IMG/VR virus record: IMGVR_UViG_3300036766_001364
Location: 128,001-171,975 of that record
Length of the DNA: 43,975 nucleotides
From: a virus
Lineage: Duplodnaviria; Heunggongvirae; Uroviricota; Caudoviricetes
Strand: one strand, 5' to 3'
The position numbers and the translations under genes were made by a program. Each line of letters opens with the position of its first letter. Positions within the stretch are counted from its first letter, which is position 1. Under the pieces are notes generated by a model. The model ran no database searches. It was not told where the DNA came from and saw only the letters and a list, made by a program, of their open reading frames with translations. Shown piece after piece: positions 9,901-21,200 of this stretch.

Positions 9901-9954
9901 GCCGTCCTTCGACTAGGATCGACTCGGGATCGAGCGATCGACGCTCGCCCGCGG

Positions 9955-11046
9955 GTGTCTGTAGTGGCTGGACCCCTTATCAGGACCGAGAACTGTCTCG
10001 TCGGCTGGATCGAGGAACCGGTGTTCCGGGGGACCGGGACAGAGATCCCAGACAAGCGGTTTGGCCTCCACGAGACCGTGAGCGCTCCCGACCCGACGAT
10101 GGACTGGTACCCGTTCTACGGCGTGGGATCGAGCCGGAACCGACAGACGATCCTGCGCGGCAAGTGGATGCTCAACGGCTCGATCCCCGACATCCGCCTG
10201 CGGTCGTCAGACCCCATCGGCAAACTCCTGGCGATGGGTTTTGGCCGATTCGACGGGACGAACGTGCTCGAGGGACTGAAGGACAACGGGAACGGCACCT
10301 CCGATGAGCGCATCCCGTCGTTCACGATGCAGATCGCGATGCGCGATACAGACGGCGCTTACCCGCTCATACGCAACTGGGAGGGGGGCAAGATCAACCG
10401 CCTGACGCTCTCTGCCGCCGAGGGCGAGGAGCTCAGGCTGAACCTCGACGAGATGCTGTTCGCGAACATGGCGCACAACATCGAGGGAGTCTCGAAGTCT
10501 GGGTCTCCGCACCTGATGAACGACCCCGGAGCCGGGGCCGGGGGTCGATACGTGTTCGCGGGCGCAGAGATGAAAGTCTTTGGCGTGACGATCCTCAGGA
10601 TCAGGCGCTTCGCGCTGACGCTCGACAACCAGATCGAACCGAGGTACTACCTCGCGAAGGTAGACCCGAACGGCGCGATGACGCAGGTCCCGACGGAGTT
10701 CGTCGAGGGGAAGCGCAAGTACGTGCTCACGATCGACATGGACGTGGCGGACCCGTCGACAGACCTGACGCTCTTCAAGTTCTTCATGAACGAGGGCGCT
10801 CAGGGCGGTGGCATCGGGGGCACGAGCGGCCCGACAATCGGCGGGCAAGTGATCGCAAAGTTCAACCAGACGCCGGGCGAGGGCGGTGGCAGCATCACGA
10901 TCACGTGTGGTGGACTGTCTCCGAGCCCGGTTCAGCCCGCCGGAGTCGTGACGGCCGGTAAGATCAACGTGCCGGCCCCTCCGACTGGGTTCTTTCCGAG
11001 CACCTGGCAGCTGGACGTCGACAGCACCCACATCACGATCATATAG
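9955..11046 (+). CDS. Major tail tube protein
   Basis: PSFTMQ...G.KIN.LTLSA.EGE.L and F.LT.DN.IEPRYY...EG.R.Y.L motifs; precedes chaperone and tape measure. Confidence 0.75.
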   Translation: MSVVAGPLIRTENCLVGWIEEPVFRGTGTEIPDKRFGLHETVSAPDPTMDWYPFYGVGSSRNRQTILRGKWMLNGSIPDIRLRSSDPIGKLLAMGFGRFDGTNVLEGLKDNGNGTSDERIPSFTMQIAMRDTDGAYPLIRNWEGGKINRLTLSAAEGEELRLNLDEMLFANMAHNIEGVSKSGSPHLMNDPGAGAGGRYVFAGAEMKVFGVTILRIRRFALTLDNQIEPRYYLAKVDPNGAMTQVPTEFVEGKRKYVLTIDMDVADPSTDLTLFKFFMNEGAQGGGIGGTSGPTIGGQVIAKFNQTPGEGGGSITITCGGLSPSPVQPAGVVTAGKINVPAPPTGFFPSTWQLDVDSTHITII

Positions 11047-11054
11047 GAGTCCAG

Positions 11055-11522
11055 ATGACGACACCCACCCAGAAGCGTCAGGCGCCGGGCGCCCGCCGGC
11101 CGTCGGTGACGCTGCCCAGGCCGAAGGCGTCGGCGCAGGAGATCGCGGCCCTGCTGCTCACGGAGTCGTCCGCCGAAGACGAGCTGACGATCCGCATCGA
11201 CGACGAGCACGAGTTCACGGTCGTCTACCGCCCCCTCAGCTGGCTCGCGAAGAGCCGCTGCGTCTCGGCGGCGACCAAGTACGAGATGTCGACCGACTCG
11301 AACGCGCAGGAGGTCAACGCGAGCTTCCGGCTCGACGTCTACTACAAGATGGCGCTCAAGGAGATGATCGTCAGATCGCCCGTCCCGCTCACGGACGTGA
11401 TGATCGATCGCCTGCCCTCGCGCGTCGGAGAACAGTTCAACGCGATCATCCCAAACCCGTTCACGGACTCGGCGATGGTGGAGACGCTGGGAAAAGATAC
11501 AGGGAGCTCCTCCACGGAGTGA
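11055..11522 (+). CDS. Tail assembly chaperone (gpG-like)
   Basis: Between tube and tape measure; slippery site near the 3' end. Confidence 0.75.
   Translation: MTTPTQKRQAPGARRPSVTLPRPKASAQEIAALLLTESSAEDELTIRIDDEHEFTVVYRPLSWLAKSRCVSAATKYEMSTDSNAQEVNASFRLDVYYKMALKEMIVRSPVPLTDVMIDRLPSRVGEQFNAIIPNPFTDSAMVETLGKDTGSSSTE
11489..11495 (+). other. Programmed -1 frameshift heptamer G GGA AAA
   Basis: XXXYYYZ in the correct phase (CTG GGA AAA); the -1 frame stays open through to 11719. Confidence 0.8.
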
Positions 11523-11719
11523 GGCAACCCCAGTTGGAGGATGTGGACCTTATGCGCGGAAAGATCGAGACGCGTCTGGTGAGGGCCGGCATCCCGTGGG
11601 AGACCCTTGAGCGAGTTCCCGAAGGTAAGGTCCTGTCTTGGTACGCGATCATCGTCGCGGACGATCAGATGGCCGAAGAGCGGCAGGCCGACGCGGTGAG
11701 GCAGGTGCGGTCGCAGTGA
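11519..11719 (+). CDS. Tail assembly chaperone extension (gpT part of gpGT)
   Basis: Lies in the -1 frame of 11055-11522, continuous from the slippery site. Confidence 0.7.
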   Translation: MRQPQLEDVDLMRGKIETRLVRAGIPWETLERVPEGKVLSWYAIIVADDQMAEERQADAVRQVRSQ

Positions 11720-11720
11720 C

Positions 11721-13010
11721 ATGACGATGGCGCGATCTGCCTCCAACGAGTACGTCTTCACGATGCGGCTCGATGCCTCCGATTTCAGGCGGCTGTTCTC
11801 CGCCAGCGGCGGCGGCGGCGGTCCCTCAGGCCCCGGCGCGGCCAAGGGCGCGGGACCCGGTGGGACGCCGCAGAAGCAGGGCGGCGGCCTGTCTGGTCCC
11901 GGGCTCCTCGCAGTCCTCGGGATCGGCAAGGGCGTCATGGGCCTCGTGCAGAACTCGAACGTCGCGAACGCGTACTTGGGCGCGATGGGCAAGATGTTCG
12001 GTGCGGCGATCGACCTCCTGCTGATCCCGTTCATCCCGCTCTTCAACCTGATCATGGTGGGCCTGAGTATGCTCATCCGGTGGCTCGTCACTTCGGGCGC
12101 GCTCGAGTACATAGGCAAGGTCATGGACCGCGCCGTCGGGTACCTCATCGACATAGCGAAATGGGTGTCCCAGTTCATGGGTGCTCTCCACGACATGGAT
12201 TTCACGAAAGCCGGCGGGATGATCGTCACGGGCATATGGAGCGCGCTCAAGGCGCTCGTGCACGACCCGCTCGGGGTGATCGTCGCGACTCTACTCGCGA
12301 TGAAGGCCGTGCAGATCGCCGCGAGCGTCGTCGGTGGCATCTTGAACTTCGCGACGTTCGGAACGGCCGGCATGGCCGGGACGGCCCTGCTCGCTAAGCT
12401 GGGGATCGGCAGGGCCGCAGCGACCGCAGCCGAAGTAGCCGCGCCGGCGGCCGCCGGGACCGCCGGCGGAGCCGGCCTATTGGCGACGCTTGGCCCCATC
12501 TTGGTGTCTCTCGGCACGGGACTGATAGCGCAGAAGGGCACCCAATGGGCCCTCGACAAGACCGGAGTCGCCAAGCCGGGCAGCATGACCGGCGACGTGC
12601 TCAGCTACGCCGCCGGTGGAGCGGCCGCGGGAGCCACCTTGGGGCTGTTTGGGGGTCCCTTCGCTCCGTTAACGGTCACGGGCGGCGCGATCGCCGGGGG
12701 ACTGATCGGCGGCGGCGTCGGGTTTCTCAAGCACCAGCTTTCTGGAGGCGGCGGCCAACAGCAGGGCGCTCAGGGCGGCGGGAACAACGTCCAGAACTCG
12801 TACAACACGATCTACCTCAGCCAGCAGAACTATTTCAATAACCAGGACGCGCAGCAGGCCTCGCAGCGGATGGCAGACGACCTGGCGAAGCGCCTGGGGT
12901 TCACGCTCAGCCGATCGGCGGGGGCGACGCCCGTCGGCTCCAGCATCCAGGCGCGCCCGTGGCTGCCCGGTTCATCGGGCGGCGGTGGCGGTGGTGGAGG
13001 CAGCTGGTGA
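11721..13010 (+). CDS. Short tape measure protein
   Basis: Ala/Gly-rich helical protein with hydrophobic segments, directly after the chaperones. Confidence 0.7.
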   Translation: MTMARSASNEYVFTMRLDASDFRRLFSASGGGGGPSGPGAAKGAGPGGTPQKQGGGLSGPGLLAVLGIGKGVMGLVQNSNVANAYLGAMGKMFGAAIDLLLIPFIPLFNLIMVGLSMLIRWLVTSGALEYIGKVMDRAVGYLIDIAKWVSQFMGALHDMDFTKAGGMIVTGIWSALKALVHDPLGVIVATLLAMKAVQIAASVVGGILNFATFGTAGMAGTALLAKLGIGRAAATAAEVAAPAAAGTAGGAGLLATLGPILVSLGTGLIAQKGTQWALDKTGVAKPGSMTGDVLSYAAGGAAAGATLGLFGGPFAPLTVTGGAIAGGLIGGGVGFLKHQLSGGGGQQQGAQGGGNNVQNSYNTIYLSQQNYFNNQDAQQASQRMADDLAKRLGFTLSRSAGATPVGSSIQARPWLPGSSGGGGGGGGSW

Positions 13011-13570
13011 GCGATCTCCTGGCAGTCGTGCTTGAGGTGCTCAACTCTGACAATGCCGTGGACGCGCACCACCGGTTCAGGCTGCCCGTCTCTGGGATCA
13101 CCAAGGAGATCACGCGCAATCCCGTCGTCTTCCCGCTGCCCGTGACCAGGATCGATAACGACTTGAGCCTCAACAACCGGCCTGTCGCGTGGGCCCTTGA
13201 CTTCGGCATGATGAGCGAGAATATCATCCTGACGGGCACGCTCCGAGACAACATCTCGGAGATGAACGTGGGCGAGATCACGAACGAAAATCCGCCCGTG
13301 TGCAACCTCTCTGAGCTCAGCGAGATCGTGCGCACCCACTGGGCGAACCTCACGCCCAGCCTGAGCGACATGGTCGACAACATATTCATCAGGTCGAAGG
13401 GCGGGGCCAGGCTCGTCGTCGACGAGGGGCAGGGCCAGGCGCCCACACCGCAGTGCTACCAGGGCGTCATCACGACGTTCCGCGCCACGCGCCAGGGCGG
13501 AAACCTCTATTGGGACTACACGTTCGGGCTCACGGTCACGGTCTGGCCGATCGGGATGCGCAAGCTCTAA
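13007..13570 (+). CDS. Putative distal tail protein
   Basis: Synteny after tape measure; LDFG...I.LTG.L motif; start at GTG 13007. Confidence 0.55.
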   Translation: MSDLLAVVLEVLNSDNAVDAHHRFRLPVSGITKEITRNPVVFPLPVTRIDNDLSLNNRPVAWALDFGMMSENIILTGTLRDNISEMNVGEITNENPPVCNLSELSEIVRTHWANLTPSLSDMVDNIFIRSKGGARLVVDEGQGQAPTPQCYQGVITTFRATRQGGNLYWDYTFGLTVTVWPIGMRKL

Positions 13571-13585
13571 GTCAGAAGGTTGAAG

Positions 13586-16500
13586 ATGGCCCAAGGCGAT
13601 CTGGTCGTCCAAGTGGGCGACGCGCAGACTAACACCGAGTGGCTGACGCTGCACGGGATGATCTCGTGCAAGGTCGTGCGCGGCAGCCACGCTGCCCCGG
13701 GGACGTTCGACTTGAGGGTGACCGTCCAGGACGAAGACTCGGCGGTCGACTTTAGGCCGGCGTCGGTGACCGTCGCTAACCGATACGTCGCGTTCGATCC
13801 CGGAGAGGACGACGCGACCTTCCACGCGATGTCCGAGGACGGGACGAGCGACTACGCCGTCACGCGATCCGATCCCTCTGTAGTCGTCAAGATCGACCCC
13901 CGAGATCCGATGTCGCGCCTCGGTTCGCTCACGCTCGATCCGGGCGAGTCGATGGCCGAAGCGGTCGCGATTGACGGGGTGGGCGTCTATGGATACGTCG
14001 CGGTCCCGCTCGTCGTCCCGGCGATCGGACCCAGGATCGTCAAGTTCCGCTGTTCGGACATGACGCGCGTCGCCGAGGCGTTCATCCCGCAGGGGACGCG
14101 GGTCACGTTCATGGTGGCTTCAGAGGCCGGCGACCACCTCTACGCGGCGAGTGACGCGGGCGTCTTCCATCTTGATTCGTCGGGCGCCGGGCTCTCGTTC
14201 CTCGGTGGCTGGGTGGCCGACATCGGCTCGTTCCCGGTGGCGATGCGCGGCTTCGAGGATTTCTTGGTGGTCGCGTGCGCGCAGCCGACGATCCGGACCG
14301 GGTTCGCCCGTTTTGGAGTCTTCGGACGATTGCGCGTGGTCAAGCTCCAGCTCGGCGGCGGAGCGCTCGCTTCTCCGACCGAGGTGAGCTCGACAGAGAT
14401 GGACGTTTCTGACGATTCGCCGCACTCGATCGACATATCGCCCGCCGGGCACGCGTACGTGCTCTGCCAGCCGCGCGACGGCGCGTCCGCCGCGCGCGTG
14501 GTGGTCGTCGATATCGCCGCGACCGCGCCGACGCGCCTGTCGCATATCGACCTCCCCGTGGGTGGATACGGCGAAGCGTATTCGCTCGACTACGCTCCTG
14601 AGGACGGCTACCTCTACGTTCTCTTCGGCTCGCCGATCACGGTCATGCGGCTCGACGTCTCACAGGACACGCCGCGTCGGATCGGCGACTCGAGGTCCAT
14701 GCTGTGGATCGACGGGCGCGGCCTGCAGGTTCGTGACGGGTCCGCTTACGTGTCGACGGGATCGAGCCCGGCCGCTCTCGTGAAGCTCGACCTGTCTGGG
14801 ATATCAGACGTGATCACCCAGAGCGCGGCGCGAGCCAGGTTCTACCCGTTCCTCAACGTGCGCGTCCTCGAGAACAACGGCGAAGTCGACATCACGGATC
14901 CCAATTGCCGGCAGTATTTCATCGGGCGCATCGACACCGCCAGCATCGTCGAGGACACGCGCTACGGACGCGTATGGCAGATCAGCTGCCGCGACAGGCT
15001 CGCGTGCCTGTCTGACAACTTCATCGGTCTGGGCGCGTGGTTCCACATCCCCCAGGGCCGCGGGTTGCGGTCGGGCATCATAGAGGGCTCGGTCTACGTC
15101 CCCAAGTACACGGGCAACTGGTCGAATGACCCCTCGGGAGTCACCGGCGAGCGCCGCCAATCGATCGTCTCAGACCTGGCCCTAAACATCATCGCGAGCG
15201 ACGATCTTGGGCTCACGTCTGTCGATTTCTCGAACGCTCCAAACAGCAGGCGGATCGAAAAAGACTGGTCTGGGACGAATGACTCCGAGATCTTGGCGGC
15301 GATCCGCGAGATCGCCGCGCACGATCCCTGGTTCGATCCAGAAGCAGATGGGGCGCCATCGCTCTCGCTGCCCGATCCAGGAGATCGCGAAGGCGGAAGC
15401 GTCGACGCGCAGTTCTTGCAGCAGAACGGCTTTCCGCCGGGGAGCGGGTTCGGCGGAGAGTTCCAGATCATTTGCAACACTGCGGACGACGACGGCAAGC
15501 ACGCCGAGTATTTCAGGCGGGGCTTCCTCAAGTCTAACGGAGCCCCCGAGGGTTTGGGTCGCGGCGGGTTCAACTATGTTTTGTCATACGGAGCGCCTCA
15601 GGGGGTCGGCGTCGCAGACCTGAGCGTCGTGCGGTTCATCACCGCGTATCGGTTCGACAAGCAGGGCCTTGACTTGTTCTCGCGGGTCAACGTCCAGGGT
15701 CGCGGCGAGGCGACGAGCGGTGTCCAGGGTTCTGTCGGACAGACGCTCTTGTCGCCGGGAACAGATCAGACGACCGTCCCTCTCCCCGAGATGGAGCAGT
15801 CGTGGTTGCCCGAGAGCGGTTGGTTCAAAGTGAGGCGTACGATCCCCGTCGGGTCGGCCGGGATCGTCGGCGAACCCGAGCAGTCCGGACAGGCAGACGG
15901 CAACGACGCGACGAACGCGCGCGAAGCCACCGACGTGGCGTACGGCAGCTTCGCATCGCTCGGCACGGGGAAAGGCGGCGCACACGTCGGCATGAACCGC
16001 GGCACGATTGCCGTCGCCGGGCTTCCAAACGGAGCGCCAGGACAGGTGCTCAGGCCGGGCACGGCGATCGACGTCTACATCCCCCAGGTCGGGGTCGTCG
16101 ACACAGACAACCCGTTCAGCCAGGGACAGGAGTTCGTCATCGAGAGCTGGACGCTGATATGGCCAGACAACACGACCACGTTCGAGATCGGACGCATCGG
16201 GTTCAGCGACGTGGGAGCGCGGCTCATCGACCTCGTCACAAAGACTCAGACGAACTCCGGCAAGATGAACAGCCGGTACGACACGGGTTGGTTCTTCGCT
16301 CCTTCCGACGGCAAGGTCGAGGTCACTCACGGTCTCGGGGTGAAGCCCAAGATCGTCGGCATAATTGTGGCACTTTGGGACGGGGGGTTCTCGCCAGACG
16401 GGTCTCCGCGCCCCGTGTCGGCCACGGTGGTGCACGTGTCTGGGATGGCGTTTGATTTTCAGAGCGGGCAGTACTCGGGAGCCAATATCAGCAAGTCAGA

Positions 16501-16621
16501 CCGCCAGTCGGTCGCGTTCCAGCTCGCTCCGTGGATCGCCTATTCCGACGGAGCCGGCCAATACCTGAGGCTCGGCGACACCGTGAAGCAGCCGATCATA
16601 CGGGTGATCGCGCAGCCGTAG
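13586..16621 (+). CDS. Tail hub/baseplate protein with inserted beta-propeller
   Basis: Hub-like segments (F.GRID...ISCRD; LRPG..I.V...F.IE) flank repeated propeller-like blades; C-terminal YDTGWF..THGLG. Confidence 0.6.
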   Translation: MAQGDLVVQVGDAQTNTEWLTLHGMISCKVVRGSHAAPGTFDLRVTVQDEDSAVDFRPASVTVANRYVAFDPGEDDATFHAMSEDGTSDYAVTRSDPSVVVKIDPRDPMSRLGSLTLDPGESMAEAVAIDGVGVYGYVAVPLVVPAIGPRIVKFRCSDMTRVAEAFIPQGTRVTFMVASEAGDHLYAASDAGVFHLDSSGAGLSFLGGWVADIGSFPVAMRGFEDFLVVACAQPTIRTGFARFGVFGRLRVVKLQLGGGALASPTEVSSTEMDVSDDSPHSIDISPAGHAYVLCQPRDGASAARVVVVDIAATAPTRLSHIDLPVGGYGEAYSLDYAPEDGYLYVLFGSPITVMRLDVSQDTPRRIGDSRSMLWIDGRGLQVRDGSAYVSTGSSPAALVKLDLSGISDVITQSAARARFYPFLNVRVLENNGEVDITDPNCRQYFIGRIDTASIVEDTRYGRVWQISCRDRLACLSDNFIGLGAWFHIPQGRGLRSGIIEGSVYVPKYTGNWSNDPSGVTGERRQSIVSDLALNIIASDDLGLTSVDFSNAPNSRRIEKDWSGTNDSEILAAIREIAAHDPWFDPEADGAPSLSLPDPGDREGGSVDAQFLQQNGFPPGSGFGGEFQIICNTADDDGKHAEYFRRGFLKSNGAPEGLGRGGFNYVLSYGAPQGVGVADLSVVRFITAYRFDKQGLDLFSRVNVQGRGEATSGVQGSVGQTLLSPGTDQTTVPLPEMEQSWLPESGWFKVRRTIPVGSAGIVGEPEQSGQADGNDATNAREATDVAYGSFASLGTGKGGAHVGMNRGTIAVAGLPNGAPGQVLRPGTAIDVYIPQVGVVDTDNPFSQGQEFVIESWTLIWPDNTTTFEIGRIGFSDVGARLIDLVTKTQTNSGKMNSRYDTGWFFAPSDGKVEVTHGLGVKPKIVGIIVALWDGGFSPDGSPRPVSATVVHVSGMAFDFQSGQYSGANISKSDRQSVAFQLAPWIAYSDGAGQYLRLGDTVKQPIIRVIAQP

Positions 16622-16660
16622 GTTTTAGTCCATGCCGCGGCTCGGGTAGTATATAGACAC

Positions 16661-17029
16661 ATGCCCGCAACGAATACGAACATCATGGTGCCTGCGCAGG
16701 CCGATCAGCTTACAGATTTCGACCTCAGCTATCTGATCCATCATCGGCTCGGCTTAGAAGGCGTCCCATTGCCGTATGCGACGCGTCTCGACCTGTTGCT
16801 CGGGCACGAGATGCGCTCCGAGCTCGAGATACGCGGGGTGTACGAGATCCAAGTTGGCTGGGAAGTGATCGGTTACTTCGCGACGGTCTACGCACACGTG
16901 GGCACGAGAGCCGGCGACATCGCGGGAAGCGCGATCGGTCGCGCGACTCCAGAGAGAGCGGCGGCCGAAGCGATCGCTCAGGCGACGCGTCGGCTCGCGG
17001 AGAGGAGCGGCGATGCCGCATCCAAGTGA
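16661..17029 (+). CDS. Hypothetical protein
   Basis: ATG a few nt after GGTAGTAT -10-like site. Confidence 0.6.
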   Translation: MPATNTNIMVPAQADQLTDFDLSYLIHHRLGLEGVPLPYATRLDLLLGHEMRSELEIRGVYEIQVGWEVIGYFATVYAHVGTRAGDIAGSAIGRATPERAAAEAIAQATRRLAERSGDAASK

Positions 17030-17342
17030 GCATTCGGGCGAGTCTGTCCCGTGTCCAAGCTGCATCGGAGGGACGTTCACGACCGCCGCGCTCGTGCGGC
17101 ACGACGACGGCGTGTGCAGGCTCGAAGAGATCGAGTGTCGAGTCTGCGACAACGGGGTCGTCTCGCGTGAGCGTCTCGATCGCATCCTGACGGGCAAGAA
17201 GCTCAGGCGTGGAAGGCTCGCGGCTCGTCGCTCGCTGAGCGAAGAAGCGACACGACTGGGCGTGACGATACCCCAACTGTCGGCTGCCGAGCGCAGCAAG
17301 TCGACGCTACCGGTGCCAGAGGGCGCTAGAGCCACGGAGTGA
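17013..17342 (+). CDS. Zn-finger plus XRE-type HTH protein
   Basis: CPSC...CRVC..G, then LRRGR...SLSEEATRLGVTIPQLSAAER. Confidence 0.7.
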   Translation: MPHPSEHSGESVPCPSCIGGTFTTAALVRHDDGVCRLEEIECRVCDNGVVSRERLDRILTGKKLRRGRLAARRSLSEEATRLGVTIPQLSAAERSKSTLPVPEGARATE

Positions 17343-17345
17343 CGC

Positions 17346-17702
17346 GTGCAGACGTTCGGTTGGAGGATATCATTACCAGACCAGGAGATGCGTAGGCGAG
17401 CGATCGCCGAGCTCCCCAGGCTCTGCTGCGAACGTCTCAACCTATGTGCGTCAGTGGGCTGTGGGTGCGTCGCGGGCGGAAGGACAAACGTGTGCTTCGC
17501 AGAACAGACGGGCGCGCGACTGGCGACCGTGCACATGGACGGGCCAGAGTGGGTCATACGCGTGAGCGAGTACCCTGAGGCCGTCGCGGTCACGATCGCT
17601 CTCGATCGCCCGGCGGTCGGAAGAGAGGTCGAAGAGCTCTATAGAGCGATCTCGCAGATCTGCCCGGGGCGCGCGATCCACGCGACGTCGGTGACGCTCT
17701 GA
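17346..17702 (+). CDS. Hypothetical Cys-rich protein
   Basis: Fills gap between coupled genes. Confidence 0.5.
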   Translation: MQTFGWRISLPDQEMRRRAIAELPRLCCERLNLCASVGCGCVAGGRTNVCFAEQTGARLATVHMDGPEWVIRVSEYPEAVAVTIALDRPAVGREVEELYRAISQICPGRAIHATSVTL

Positions 17703-18196
17703 TGGCGATCGACCGGCGCAGGCTGTTGATCGAGATGCACGGCGCTGGGATCGCGACTCCCGAGCGCCTGCGCGCGGTCCGCGCGATGGCCGACGCACAG
17801 ATCCCCAGAGAGGTCATGTCGTGGAGCGCTCCTCCGCCCGTCAGGGAAGCCGCCGGCATCCCCGCCATATCGAAGAAGGCCGGGTCTATGAACCAGCGCG
17901 ACGTGCACCGCCTCGCGCAGCAGCACCTCGCGCTCATCGGGAGAGACGCGATGCCGATCGTCAGGTTGCCGTGGTACTCGGGGTGGGGCGCGGCGGCCTC
18001 TTCTGACTGGGAATCGCTTCTGGGCGTGGACGCCGAGTCGTGGGCCGTGACCGTCTACGGGCCGAAGGCGGCCAGGATCATCTACAGGCGCACAGACCCG
18101 GCGTGGGGGTCGCTCTCTGACATCGTCATAGCGACGGGACAGGTCCCGATCGGCCCGATGGGAGACTCGTTCGCCATCGCCGACGCTCGAGAGTAG
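17702..18196 (+). CDS. Hypothetical protein
   Basis: TGATG overlap with upstream gene. Confidence 0.6.
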   Translation: MAIDRRRLLIEMHGAGIATPERLRAVRAMADAQIPREVMSWSAPPPVREAAGIPAISKKAGSMNQRDVHRLAQQHLALIGRDAMPIVRLPWYSGWGAAASSDWESLLGVDAESWAVTVYGPKAARIIYRRTDPAWGSLSDIVIATGQVPIGPMGDSFAIADARE

Positions 18197-18202
18197 GCGG
18201 CC

Positions 18203-21200
18203 GTGTCGATCACCAACCCCGACATCCTGGTGCCGTACGGGATCAGCGGAGGGCTCGGCCAGTTCCCCGCGGCGCAGGTGCCGATCTCGCGGAACGGCGG
18301 ATCGTTCGTCGCCGACGGCGAGGTCCTGATCGCCCAGTTCCAATGGGACAGCGCGGTCGCCAACGCCGACAGCCTCGCGGCCCCTCCCGGCTGGACCAAG
18401 CTGGACTCGAGCATCAGTGGGGTCCACCAGACGGCGGTCTTCACGCACGTCGCTTCGGGCGAGCCGAACCCGGTGTACACGTTCGTCTGGCCCGTGCCCA
18501 TCGCGTGGAACGCGGCCGAGATCTACCGCTTTCGAGGCGCGACGGGGATCGGGGCGGTCGCGGCGATCGACGGCCTCACGGCTCAGAGCGTGAACCTCCC
18601 GACGCCGAACAGCGCCGTCCTCTGTCTCTACACGGCGTCGAGCACCGTCGGCGACCAGGTCATCGTTCTTCCATCTGGACTGACGGCGATCGTCGGCATC
18701 TTCCACACGTCACAGTCCACATACAACATCCGCGCGGCGGGCATCGCGCAGCGTGCCCAGATCGGGCCGACGCCGATGTTCACGGCGCAGGTGGGGTTCG
18801 TTGTGCACCCTCCGCTCGCCGCGTCGCGGGCCGTCACGATCGCGCTGGTCGCGCCCGTCCCGCAGATCGTCTGTCCGTCTGTCGACACGCCCGTCGTCAC
18901 GTACGGGAGCTTCACGCGGACGGGACCGAACAACCCGGCGTGGGCGCTGACGTTCCACTGCGTCGACACGAGCCTGTCCGCCACGCTGGGCGTTCAGCTC
19001 AGAACACAACCGAATCGCAGCGGGACGCTCGTTGCGAGCGGAACGGTGTCGCTGTCGAACGGCGTGGCGACCGGCCTGCTCAGCGTCGCGTACAACGCGC
19101 CCGGCGTGGTGAACGGCTTCAACAACCTGTTCCTCACGGTGAACAACTCTCAGTGCGTCTCGCCCGACCTGCTCCTGGCAGTGCGCAGAGACGACTTCCT
19201 CTTCCCCGTCAACCAAGCGATCCAGGCAGCCGTCGGACCGGCCGGGCCGGCGAAGCACTACGCGCTCTTTGCGACGCTCGCCGACGACCTGTCATTCGAT
19301 CAGCTCGAGCTCTACTGGCGGCTGCGGACGGGGCCGAATGGGAGCGGCGTCCTCGTCCTCGACGGCCACGCGACGTCGGGCGCCCCGTTCTCTACAGACG
19401 TGTACGACCCGGGGCTCGTCCAGGGCGCGAACGCGCGCTACCTGCGGCTGCGCGACGGGGCGAACAACATCGTCGAGCGAGCGATCACTGTCACAGCAGA
19501 CCTGACGACGGCGTCGCCGCCGTCGGTCTCGGGACTGGGGCTCACGCGACAGCCGTGTGGCCCGTACATGTCGTCGTACGCCACTCCGTGGGGGCTCTCG
19601 TTCTTCACGTCGAACCCAAACGGCGGGACGCTTTCGGCGTCGGTCGTCGACCAGTTCGGCGACACGGTCTGGACGGGCGTCGTCGCAGCGAACTCTACGA
19701 CGCTCGCGCAGATCCCGTTCATCCAACGCGACGCGGGCATCGTCACGTCTGTCTCGTATACCATCACCGTCACGAACGCGGCCGGGCTCAGCGGCTCGGC
19801 GGGGTTCTCTATCCCGTTCGACGACGACACCGTGAACCTCAGCGGGCAGGCAGTGGGCTGCGACCAGTTCGGCACGTGGACGGTCGGCGGGCTGTTCGCA
19901 TCTCCCCTGCCAAACGGGCGCGTCGGGGACCTCGCCGCGTGGTCGGCGTGGACGGGATCGAGAGTGGACTCTCACGGCCGCACCGTCGGCGCGGGGACGA
20001 GGCTCGCGCAGGGTTCTGTCGTGGCGGGACAGGTCAGCGCGATCGCAGTCCACGATTCGACCATCCCCGTCGGGACGACGACGCGCTTCCTCGAGATCGA
20101 CAGCGCGGGCTGCGTCCCGATCACGTACGCGCTCGCGATCTCGCGGCCGTCTGTCGAGTTCATCGTGCTCTCGTACAGTCAGACTCCACAGGTCACGTAC
20201 GAGCAGCACGTGCCGTATCCGGCGACGCGCCTCGGGCCCAACTCCGAGACGGCGGACCTCTGGGCGACGGTCAACATGGACCTGGCGCACCGCATCGTCT
20301 GGGAGGTGTGGACGGGCCCGGGGAGGACTGGTTCACAGGTCAACCGCGGGGCATTCGGAGCCGGGACCTACGCCGCGCCCGTGTCCGTGGGGCCGAGCGT
20401 CGTCGGCAACCCGTACCCGGTGAACGACTTCAACGCGGCGACGGGTTTCACGGTTCCCGAAGGGACGAACGTCTTCTACCTCGTCGTGTTCGACTTCGAC
20501 TCCGGCTTCGTCTCGAATTCGTTGCCGTTCGTGGTGTTCGACGACAAGGTCGCGGCCCCGATCGGCTCGAGCGCGAGCGTGCGCCAGAGTCCCGTGTCGG
20601 AGGCGACGCTCGACTATGACATGGACATCGTCCTCACGGACGACCTGTCGACTGTTCTGCTCGAGCTCCACTGGGAGGTGCGCGACGGCGCAGGCGGGAC
20701 GGGACACCGCATCGCCTTCGGAGACACGACATCTGGCCTGCCGTTCGTCCTCAGCGTCTTCGGAGATCGGACGTTCCTCCAGCCGGGCGTGAACACGCGC
20801 TACCTGCGCTGGTACGACGGCGCGCTCAACCCCGCCGAGCTCGTGTTCTACGTCAGCAGGCAGCTGCCCGATCTCGCGCCGACCGTCATCTCGGCCGCTG
20901 TGTCCTACGCGTGCGGCGACCGCTGTGGCCCGCGCTCGACACCGTTCGCGATCGACGTCGCAGCGTCAGATCCCGAAGGGGGACCGGTCGTGGCAGAGGT
21001 GCGCACGAGCATCAACGGCGGGGGGACGCTCGTTGCGAGCGGCGCGCCGGGGAGCCTCAGCGTCCCATGGGACCAGTTTGGGATGCACGACGGCGACAAC
21101 GTGCTCTATGTGACGGCCCTCGATCCCGCCGGCAATCGCTCGACAGATGCGTTCGTGGTCGTGAGCAGAGACCCGACCACGGTGCCGAATTGGTACGACG

